Shown here one piece after another: positions 57,398 through 64,000 of a DNA stretch of 64,000 nucleotides. The DNA is from Pedosphaera sp. (GTDB lineage: Bacteria > Verrucomicrobiota > Verrucomicrobiia > Limisphaerales > UBA9464). The notes under the pieces are model-generated. The model made no database searches. It was not told the origin of the DNA and was given only the letters and a program-made list of their open reading frames with translations. The DNA lies in NCBI GenBank assembly GCA_009695205.1, contig SIBK01000015.1, forward strand, positions 859-64,858, read 5' to 3'. Made by a program: the position numbers and the translations under genes. Numbering within the stretch: the stretch's first letter is position 1; each line of letters begins with the position of its first letter.

Positions 57398-59962
57398 TCA
57401 GAAATCGCGACTGTAGCCAACGGTGAATTGGAATCGCCCACTGGATGAGGCACCCTGGGCGCGGCTAATCGGGATACCGTAATCGAGGCGAAGCGGGCCG
57501 ATCGGCAGATTGAGTCGGAGACCGATGCCGTAGTTGTCGTTGTACAGGCCTGTGGGGTATTGCTTGGGGTCAAAGCTGTAAGCGTCCGTGTAGACCATGC
57601 CGATGTCGTAGAAGACGGCAAAACGGAGACGTTCGATAATCGGGACGCTGTAGTCGGCAGATCCAAACCAGTAGGTGCCTCCACCCAGAGGTTCTTCGCT
57701 GACCGGATCGCGTGGGCCGACCTCGCGGTATTTGGATCCGCGGAGGGAATAGGCACCGCCGAGAAAATGCCGATCGAATAAGGGCACCCGATCCTTGCGC
57801 CCGCGGTCACCATTGCCGTAGGACTGAACCACGCCGAGGCGGCCGGAAAGTTCCAGAACGTGTCCCTTGAAGAAATCCTCGAGCCCCGATGTGAATTTGA
57901 ATTGTTGATTCGGACTCCAATACTGGCTGCCGCGGAATTCAATCTTGTAGAAGTCGGTCTCACCGCCCAGGGGACCTCCGGCGACTTCTCCTAAAACCTC
58001 GGCGCGATGACCGCGTGAGGGCAGAAGGAAGTTGTTCCGTGTGTCATGGGCAAAGGTCGTGCCGACCTTGGACACCAGGCGTCTGCCTTCCTCCCCTATG
58101 ATTTCGGATCGATTCGGATTCGAAATTACATGTCCCTCGCCGTCCGTCGTAAAGAGGCCGTAGGCTCTCCGGTAGGCGTCGGAGAGTTTGATATCCACCG
58201 ATTCGATGGTATAGGTGGCGCCGACTTCGAAGCGACGCGGCAATGCCTTTCGAAGGCCGATGCGGGCACCGGTCTCCACCTGCTCGTAATTGTCCGAGTA
58301 GTAGTTCAGATCCCGGTGAAACAGTTCGGTGGTGAGTTCGAGCCGTTTGCCCAGAAACCACGGTTCAACAAATGTGGCGATGTAGTCCTGGCGTTTGGTG
58401 CCAAATTGAGCGCGCAGCCTGGCTTTTTGTCCGGCCCCAGTGAAATTGGGCGGATTAAAAAGATCGAAGTTGCCTTGGCTAATCTCGACGAACCCGACGA
58501 CCTCATCGACCGAGCTAAAACCGGCGCCGAGAGCGATATTGCCGGTGTTTTTTTCCTCGACGGCAACAATCAAATTCTTGCGATTTGGGACATCTGTTTC
58601 ATCCGTCGTAGTGTCCACTTTCTCGAAAAACTGCATCTGGTCGAGAATGCTCTTGCTTGCATTGACCTTGAGCATGTCGAAGGTCTCGCCTGGACCGATG
58701 GCGAGTTCTCGACGGATGACGCGATCCTTGGTCTTGGTATTGCCGCGGATTTCGATCTTTTCGACGTAGGATTTTTCGCCTTCGCGAACGTTGTGAACAA
58801 GGTCAATGGTGCCTTTCTCGATATTGGCATTCTTCCTGGAATCGATCCGTGCATCGATGTAACCGCGCGCACCGTAGAAATCGCGGATGGAATCGTCATC
58901 CTTTTCCAGAGCTTTGGCCGAAAACACGACCCCGTCCTTGAGCCGAAGACCCCACTGGATCTTGTCGCCGTCGGGCGACCGAAGATTGCTGAGGATGACA
59001 TTGGCCGGGTAGAGCTCGTTGCCCTTGAATTCGACGCCGCCGACTTTGTACTGGGTGCCTTCTTCGATGTTCAATTCGAGCACGATCCGGTTCGTCTGCG
59101 TCGCATTGACTGGGTTCAGTTTTACACCCTTGAGTTCGTAGTCGACGTACCCGTAATCGCCGTAGAATTCGCGGAGTTTTTCTTTGTCCTCCTCAAACTG
59201 GTCTTCCTTCAATTTGCCACTGCCGGTCAGCCACGAGAACATCCAGTGGCGGCGAGTCTTGATTGTCTTGCGGAGTTTTTTCTGTGGAAAGGCCTTTGCG
59301 TTCTCGAAGACGACGTTGTTGATCCGGGTTTTGGGCGCCTCAACAATTTCGAAGGTCACGGTGCCGCGACCGAGGCTCTCGGTGATAACCGAATTGTTGG
59401 TAACGGTGGTTCGTTGGAGGCCGGCTTTTTGGTAGAGCTTTTGAAGTTCCTGGGCGTCGACAAACAATTTCTGTTCGTCCAGAGGTTCTCCGACCTTGGA
59501 TTTTACCTTCTTGAGCAGCTTGTTGTTGGAGTATTTCCGATTTCCGGTGAACCGGAGTTCAGTGAGCAGCGGTTTGCCCTGAACGACATACGTGAGGGCG
59601 TAGGCCTTGGGGATGGGGCGTCCGAGTACATCCGTCTGCGGGGTGCCCTGTGTATCGGTTACATACCCAATGGGTTCCTCGACGACGCGGATGTTGTAGA
59701 AGTACCCGGTGTTGTACAGGTTCCGGATATCGTCATCCACGCTAACCTTATTGTACGGATCGCCCTGCCGGATCCGTATGTTGCCTCGAATGAGGTCATC
59801 GCTGACAGCAGGGGGGCCGAGATGCTTGATCTCAATGCGGGTGATCTTTGGGCGTTCAAGTTCGCCGGGCAGCACGGGATCCTGCGAGCGCAGGGCGGTG
59901 TACTGCAGGCAGGCGATCAGGACGGCACAAAAGCGTAGCCAGCGGTGCGAGGATTGTTTCAT
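57398..59962 (-). CDS. bamA: outer membrane protein assembly factor BamA
   Basis: 854 aa with POTRA repeats followed by a beta-barrel ending ...RFQFTVGYSRDF. Confidence 0.9.
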   Translation of the reverse strand: MKQSSHRWLRFCAVLIACLQYTALRSQDPVLPGELERPKITRIEIKHLGPPAVSDDLIRGNIRIRQGDPYNKVSVDDDIRNLYNTGYFYNIRVVEEPIGYVTDTQGTPQTDVLGRPIPKAYALTYVVQGKPLLTELRFTGNRKYSNNKLLKKVKSKVGEPLDEQKLFVDAQELQKLYQKAGLQRTTVTNNSVITESLGRGTVTFEIVEAPKTRINNVVFENAKAFPQKKLRKTIKTRRHWMFSWLTGSGKLKEDQFEEDKEKLREFYGDYGYVDYELKGVKLNPVNATQTNRIVLELNIEEGTQYKVGGVEFKGNELYPANVILSNLRSPDGDKIQWGLRLKDGVVFSAKALEKDDDSIRDFYGARGYIDARIDSRKNANIEKGTIDLVHNVREGEKSYVEKIEIRGNTKTKDRVIRRELAIGPGETFDMLKVNASKSILDQMQFFEKVDTTTDETDVPNRKNLIVAVEEKNTGNIALGAGFSSVDEVVGFVEISQGNFDLFNPPNFTGAGQKARLRAQFGTKRQDYIATFVEPWFLGKRLELTTELFHRDLNYYSDNYEQVETGARIGLRKALPRRFEVGATYTIESVDIKLSDAYRRAYGLFTTDGEGHVISNPNRSEIIGEEGRRLVSKVGTTFAHDTRNNFLLPSRGHRAEVLGEVAGGPLGGETDFYKIEFRGSQYWSPNQQFKFTSGLEDFFKGHVLELSGRLGVVQSYGNGDRGRKDRVPLFDRHFLGGAYSLRGSKYREVGPRDPVSEEPLGGGTYWFGSADYSVPIIERLRFAVFYDIGMVYTDAYSFDPKQYPTGLYNDNYGIGLRLNLPIGPLRLDYGIPISRAQGASSSGRFQFTVGYSRDF

Positions 59963-59967
59963 TCAGA

Positions 59968-61428
59968 TCAAGCTTCGGGCTCTATCTTGGCCGCGCTTTC
60001 GAACCGGGTAAAGCTCTTCAAGAAGGTCAATCGTATGTCGCCGGTCGGCCCGTTTCGTTGTTTGGCGACGAGGAGATTCACTGGAATGGCCTCTTGGGGC
60101 TCCAAATTCGCCTCTTCTTCGTCTTCCACAGCGGGCTTGTAAAGCAGCCCGACCAAGTCGGCATCCTGTTCAATAGCGCCGGATTCCCGGAGGTCCGAAA
60201 GACGGGGTTTGCGGCTTTTGTCCTTCTCCAATTCGCGGTTCAGCTGACACAGGACGATCACGGGGACTTTGAGCTCCTTGGCGAGAGCCTTCACGCCTGA
60301 GGAGATTTCGGACACTTCCTGTTGCCGGTTGTCCTGTCCTTTGCGGGATGTGGAATGGAGTAGCTGGAGGTAGTCGATGACGATCAATTTGAGTCCATGC
60401 TGCTGCCACATCCGGCGTGCCCTGGCACGAAGCTGGAGGATGCTCAGCCCGGCGGTATCGTCGATGTAAAGCGGAGCCTTGGCCAATTTGCCGGCGGCGC
60501 CGGTCAATTTGCGGAGATCGCCCTCCGACAGAAAACCGTCCCGAATCGCTTTCATGTTTACCCGGGCGAGGGAACACAGCATACGCATCACGAGCGATTC
60601 GGCGGTCATTTCCAGACTGAAGACAGCCACGGGAAGTCTTTCGTTCACGGAAACGTGCTCAGCAATGTTCATGGCGAGGGAGGTTTTGCCCATCGAAGGC
60701 CGGGCGGCTATGACCACCATTTCGCCGCCGTGCAGCCCATTGGTCATCCGGTCCAGGTCGATGAATCCGCTGGAGATCCCGCTCAGGGCGCCCTGGCGCT
60801 GATGAAAATCCTGGATGAGGTTGATCGCCTGATTAACGAGATCCTTCATGCCCCGTTGGTTGGACTCCTCGCGATCCTCGTTGATCTTGAGAATGTCGCG
60901 CTCCACTTCGTCGAACAATCCGTCCACTTCCCCTTCGTGCTCCTGAACACGGCTGATGACCTGGCTACAGGTGGCAATCATTCGTCGGAGGACGTATTTT
61001 TCCCCAACGATTTCGAGGTAATACGCGAGATTGGCGGCCGACGGTACGGCGTCCTGGAGGCTGGCGAGATAGGAAAGTCCGCCGACGGCTTCGAGCTGGT
61101 TTGAGTCCTTGAGACGCTGTTGAACGGTGATCAGGTCGATGGCCTCCTTCGTGTCGTACATGGTCGCCAACAGGTCGAAAATAGTCTGGTGGCGGAGGTC
61201 GTAGAATGTCAGAGAACCGCTTTTCAGTTTTTCGAGGCAGATGCCCATCGCTTCATTCGGGGCGAGCAGAACGCATCCCAGCACGCCTTGCTCTGCTTCA
61301 ATCGAATGCGGCGGCAAGCGGTCAATCTTTCCGAGATTCACCGATGGAACGCGAGTCCGGCGAGCCTTCTTCAAATCGGGAGCGACAGAAGCTCCATCAG
61401 CAGGTTCTTGCATGGCGGTGGGGATCAA
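59968..61428 (-). CDS. dnaB: replicative DNA helicase
   Basis: PPHSIEAEQGVLG, Walker A ARPSMGKTS and IVIDYLQL. Confidence 0.95.
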   Translation of the reverse strand: MIPTAMQEPADGASVAPDLKKARRTRVPSVNLGKIDRLPPHSIEAEQGVLGCVLLAPNEAMGICLEKLKSGSLTFYDLRHQTIFDLLATMYDTKEAIDLITVQQRLKDSNQLEAVGGLSYLASLQDAVPSAANLAYYLEIVGEKYVLRRMIATCSQVISRVQEHEGEVDGLFDEVERDILKINEDREESNQRGMKDLVNQAINLIQDFHQRQGALSGISSGFIDLDRMTNGLHGGEMVVIAARPSMGKTSLAMNIAEHVSVNERLPVAVFSLEMTAESLVMRMLCSLARVNMKAIRDGFLSEGDLRKLTGAAGKLAKAPLYIDDTAGLSILQLRARARRMWQQHGLKLIVIDYLQLLHSTSRKGQDNRQQEVSEISSGVKALAKELKVPVIVLCQLNRELEKDKSRKPRLSDLRESGAIEQDADLVGLLYKPAVEDEEEANLEPQEAIPVNLLVAKQRNGPTGDIRLTFLKSFTRFESAAKIEPEA

Positions 61429-61548
61429 GACGGGTTTGGGTGCGGGGAGCGAGGGCAGGTTTTAAGAAGATGTTCCCTGCGAACTCACCGGAAACCCCCG
61501 GCTTATTCACTCGTTATTCACCGGGCGGAGATGAACCGTGGCATGCTT

Positions 61549-61579
61549 GAAACGACAAAGGCCCGGCATGAGCCGGGCC
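61549..61579 (-). terminator. rho-independent terminator downstream of rplI
   Basis: Perfect 8-bp stem ggcccggc/gccgggcc (61560-61579) with loop atga. On the minus strand it is followed by TTTGTCGTTT. Confidence 0.6.
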
Positions 61580-61615
61580 TGGTCGTGCCGGAAGTGAGAC
61601 GAATTGGGTCGAAGA

Positions 61616-62209
61616 TTACTTTTTATCCGCCCTGGGAGCCCGGGCTGGTTTCGCGTCCGTTGCTTCGGCTTTCGGAGCCGCGTGGCGGGTGGAACGTTTT
61701 TCTGTGCGCGGCGCCTCTGCCTTGTCGTCGGTCGCCAGCTTTTCGGCAGGGAGATTACTGCTTTTCACGAGCACCTTGACCGAGCTCTTGACGTCCGGAT
61801 GCAGCCGTAGCTCGACGTCATGTTCTCCGATGGTGTGGATCGGCCGTTCCAAGTGGATCTTCTTTTTGTCCAGAGACACTTCGAGCTGGGTTTTCATGGC
61901 ATCCGCGATGGTGCCGCTGGTGACACTGCCAAACATTTTGCCGTCATCACCTGTCTTCACCATTAGCATGAGCACGACCTTGCTGAGGCTCTTGCCGAGC
62001 TCGGTCATGGTGTTGAGTTCATGGGCCTCGCGTTCGCCGCGCCGTTGCCGGAGGGATTCAATCCGGCGCTTGTTGCCGTGCGACAAGGGGATGGCGAGTC
62101 CACCCGGGATCAGGTAATTGCGGGCGTAGCCGGCGGACACCTTGACTTGGTCGGATTCACCACCCAGGCCGACGACATTATGGATTAGGATTATTTCAGT
62201 TTTTGCCAT
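61616..62209 (-). CDS. rplI: 50S ribosomal protein L9 with a Lys/Ala/Pro-rich C-terminal extension
   Basis: MAKTEIILIHNVVGLGGESDQVKVSAGYARNYLIPGGLAIP... Confidence 0.9.
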   Translation of the reverse strand: MAKTEIILIHNVVGLGGESDQVKVSAGYARNYLIPGGLAIPLSHGNKRRIESLRQRRGEREAHELNTMTELGKSLSKVVLMLMVKTGDDGKMFGSVTSGTIADAMKTQLEVSLDKKKIHLERPIHTIGEHDVELRLHPDVKSSVKVLVKSSNLPAEKLATDDKAEAPRTEKRSTRHAAPKAEATDAKPARAPRADKK

Positions 62210-62292
62210 GTTCGAAAAGAGTTGGAGTTAGCAGTTAAACGGGAGGGGATGCATGGAGACGACTTGCGGGGGCTCGAGGAATGGTTGGCAGC

Positions 62293-62766
62293 TCAAAACG
62301 GGACATCGTCCTCCTCGGGTGGAGGACCCTCATTTGAGGGTGATGCAGGGGCTGCCCCAGTTGGAGTTGGCGATGCGGGGCGGGGTGAGCGGGGTGGTGG
62401 AGCCGCCGGAGCTCCCGAGCCATCGGCCTGACGGGGAGCACCCACAAACTGGAATTCTTCCAGTGTGACGCGAATCTTGGACACCTTCTGACCACTGGTC
62501 TTGTCATCCCACTGATGCAGCTTCAGCCTGCCCTCGACTAACAGTGGGCTCCCCTTGCGCACATATTGAGCGATGACTTCCGCCTGTTTACCCCAGGCAT
62601 CAATGTCGACAAAAGTGACCTCTTCCTTCATTTCCCCGGTTTCCGTCTTGTACTGATGGTTGACGGCCAGGCCGAGCCTGGCGGTGGCGGTCCCTTTCGG
62701 GGTATAGCGCAGTTCCGGATCTCGAGTGAGATTTCCTAGAAGGATAACTTTGTTGTAGCTCGCCAT
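62293..62766 (-). CDS. ssb: single-stranded DNA-binding protein
   Basis: MASYNKVILLGNLTRDPELRYTPKG..., a Pro/Gly-rich linker and the acidic tip EEDDVPF. Confidence 0.9.
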   Translation of the reverse strand: MASYNKVILLGNLTRDPELRYTPKGTATARLGLAVNHQYKTETGEMKEEVTFVDIDAWGKQAEVIAQYVRKGSPLLVEGRLKLHQWDDKTSGQKVSKIRVTLEEFQFVGAPRQADGSGAPAAPPPRSPRPASPTPTGAAPASPSNEGPPPEEDDVPF

Positions 62767-62814
62767 AAGAGGGGCCTCCGGAGCGGGATGGTTGGCGTGA
62801 GAGAATGAGCTCTG

Positions 62815-63120
62815 CTATTTTGCCGCGACCGGCTTGGGCGACTCGTGGAACAGCACGCGAAAGACTTCAGCCACGTGCTGGAACTTCGTCTGAAGCACGG
62901 TGAGTACCGCGGGTGGAGCCTCAAAAACTACGTTTACGTAGTGGCCGGCTGTGTTCCGTTTGTTCGCAACGCGGACGAACGACTTTTTGTCCATCTTTTG
63001 GACAGCCTCAATCTTGCCGCCCGCGGCGGTAATCTCAGCGGAGACTTTGTCGACGGCGTCCTTCAATGCTTCTTCCTTGCCGGCCAGGTTCAAAATAAAC
63101 AGACCTTCGTAACGTTTCAC
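62815..63120 (-). CDS. rpsF: 30S ribosomal protein S6
   Basis: MKRYEGLFILN... 101 aa, located upstream of ssb. Confidence 0.9.
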   Translation of the reverse strand: MKRYEGLFILNLAGKEEALKDAVDKVSAEITAAGGKIEAVQKMDKKSFVRVANKRNTAGHYVNVVFEAPPAVLTVLQTKFQHVAEVFRVLFHESPKPVAAK

Positions 63121-63144
63121 AATTATCCTTTCAGTGCGGGCCGG

Positions 63145-63747
63145 TCATTCCACCGGACCATTTAGTAAACTCATTGCCTTGCTGATACCGTCGGTCGCCC
63201 AGGTTTCCACCTGCCGCCGTGCCTTACATAGAACCGATTCCAGTACTGCGATTTCATCCTGATTGAAGCGACCGAGCACATGGCCGGTAATTTCCCGGGC
63301 CTTCGAATCCGGCCGGGCAATCCCCAGTCGCAACCGGGGATACCCTTGGGATCCGAGGTGGCGTTCGATGGATTCGAGGCCGTGATGTCCGCCTGGGCTG
63401 CCTTCCGGCCGAAGCCGGAGGGTTCCGAGAGGGAGATCTGCGTCATCGACCAGCACAAGAACATCTGCTGGAGCAACCTTGTAAAAGGCTGCGACCCGCT
63501 GGACGCACTCGCCGCTGGCGTTCATGAACGTCTGCGGTTTGCACAGCACAAACCGCCGACTCTCAAACGTCGCTTCCGTCAATTCTGCAAAGAACATCTG
63601 CTCTTTTCGCCAACGGCCACCCCAGCTTTCGGCCAAGCGGTCGACCAGCATAAAGCCAGCGTTGTGCCGGGTTTCCCGGTATTCCTTTCCGGGATTCCCC
63701 AGTCCGACGATCAAAGCCAGTTCGCTCACGTCGGACACGAGGACCAA
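63145..63747 (-). CDS. pth: peptidyl-tRNA hydrolase
   Basis: LIVGLGNPGKEYRETRHNAGF. The exact start is uncertain, with a possible GTG near 63732. Confidence 0.9.
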   Translation of the reverse strand: MVLVSDVSELALIVGLGNPGKEYRETRHNAGFMLVDRLAESWGGRWRKEQMFFAELTEATFESRRFVLCKPQTFMNASGECVQRVAAFYKVAPADVLVLVDDADLPLGTLRLRPEGSPGGHHGLESIERHLGSQGYPRLRLGIARPDSKAREITGHVLGRFNQDEIAVLESVLCKARRQVETWATDGISKAMSLLNGPVE

Positions 63748-63779
63748 ACCCGGCCAGAGCCGAATTCAGTCCGCATCGA

Positions 63780-64000
63780 TTACTTCTTTTTGTCGGCCGG
63801 CTTCTTGTCGCCTGCCTTGGCATCCGCCCCCGGAGCGGCGCCATCCTCTTTCTTTTCCTTGAGCATTTCCGGCTGCTTTGCATCCACAGCGGCTCCCTCT
63901 GCAGGGGTCTCCACGACTTCGGCAATCGGGGCGGCCACGGCGAGAACAGTGAGATGCTTATCTCCGAGAATTTCAACTCCGGCGGGAGGCTGAATATCGC
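63780..64000 (-). CDS. rplY: 50S ribosomal protein L25/Ctc, C-terminal part (gene runs off the right edge)
   Basis: My own translation gives ...DIQPPAGVEILGDKHLTVLAVAAPIAEVVE... followed by a Lys/Asp/Ala-rich tail ...GDKKPADKKK*. The position upstream of pth is the usual ctc-pth arrangement. Confidence 0.7.
   Translation of the reverse strand, partial: DIQPPAGVEILGDKHLTVLAVAAPIAEVVETPAEGAAVDAKQPEMLKEKKEDGAAPGADAKAGDKKPADKKK

Noticed and set aside
58046-59938. 630-aa plus-strand ORF.
   Set aside because: It is exactly antisense to bamA with no recognisable motifs, so it is a shadow ORF. The same reasoning applies to 32141-33397, 37516-38778, 19405-20466, 23601-24566, 46125-46997, 11123-12073 and 12273-13481.
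1-64000. A search for CRISPR arrays, rRNA, tRNA and large direct or inverted repeats.
   Set aside because: I saw no regularly spaced repeats, no rRNA-like conserved strings and no cloverleaf-compatible segments in the intergenic regions inspected (4722-5065, 6323-6469, 40380-40670, 45378-45635, 50650-51143, 61429-61615). The scan was manual only, so a tRNAscan/Infernal run is still advisable.

Overview
This is a 64-kb, GC-rich (by eye roughly 58-60%) bacterial chromosomal segment. The gene content includes prepilin-type N-terminal 'DUF1559-like' proteins, a PSCyt/DUF1587/DUF1552 module, an O-antigen-ligase-like fragment and an IS type common in PVC genomes. From this I infer a member of the PVC superphylum, most likely Verrucomicrobiota.

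The backbone is intact housekeeping genes: tadA (partial), tig, an ABC-F ATPase, alaS, efp, aspS, purM, acpP-fabF, nadD, cstA, an NtrC-like sigma-54 activator, ispD, skp-bamA, dnaB, rplI-ssb-rpsF, pth and ctc (partial). An 11-kb minus-strand catabolic cluster (9.4-20.5 kb) carries two ExuT-like MFS transporters, a CocE/NonD hydrolase, an aldo/keto reductase, an aldehyde dehydrogenase, a GMC oxidoreductase with its small subunit, and an OYE flavoenzyme. A UxaE-type epimerase lies nearby. I found no rRNA, tRNA or CRISPR array.

The most striking property is the number of gene remnants and precisely readable lesions sitting between intact essential genes:
- A perfect 13-nt x3 tandem repeat splits a secreted beta-lactamase-family gene just after its signal peptide. 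This looks like a candidate slipped-strand ON/OFF switch.
- A CHASE2 sensor and a Ser/Thr kinase share one reading frame, interrupted by a single TAG.
- A PSCyt-DUF1587 N-terminus is fused to the C-terminal two thirds of DUF1552 and additionally broken by a -1 shift at an A5 run.
- An IS relic has a transposase that lost its whole DDE core in frame, and it is flanked by two different truncated genes.
- An aldo/keto reductase is wedged between the N-terminal and C-terminal pieces of lectin-fold domains.
- A 44-codon PIN (VapC) relic sits between the GMC oxidoreductase and its small subunit.
- Fragments of an APC permease, an O-antigen ligase and an outer-membrane barrel are also present.

I cannot demonstrate a complete novel multi-gene system. 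The best candidates for follow-up are an orphan JetD-like (DUF2220/Toprim) gene without JetABC, an AAA+ ATPase with a downstream 2-TM mini-protein, and a CstA with a fused YbdD/YjiX-like RCC tail.

All family assignments come from motif recognition and recall, not database searches. Coordinates follow the supplied ORF track, with start codons refined by eye. The track renders GTG/TTG/CTG starts as M.
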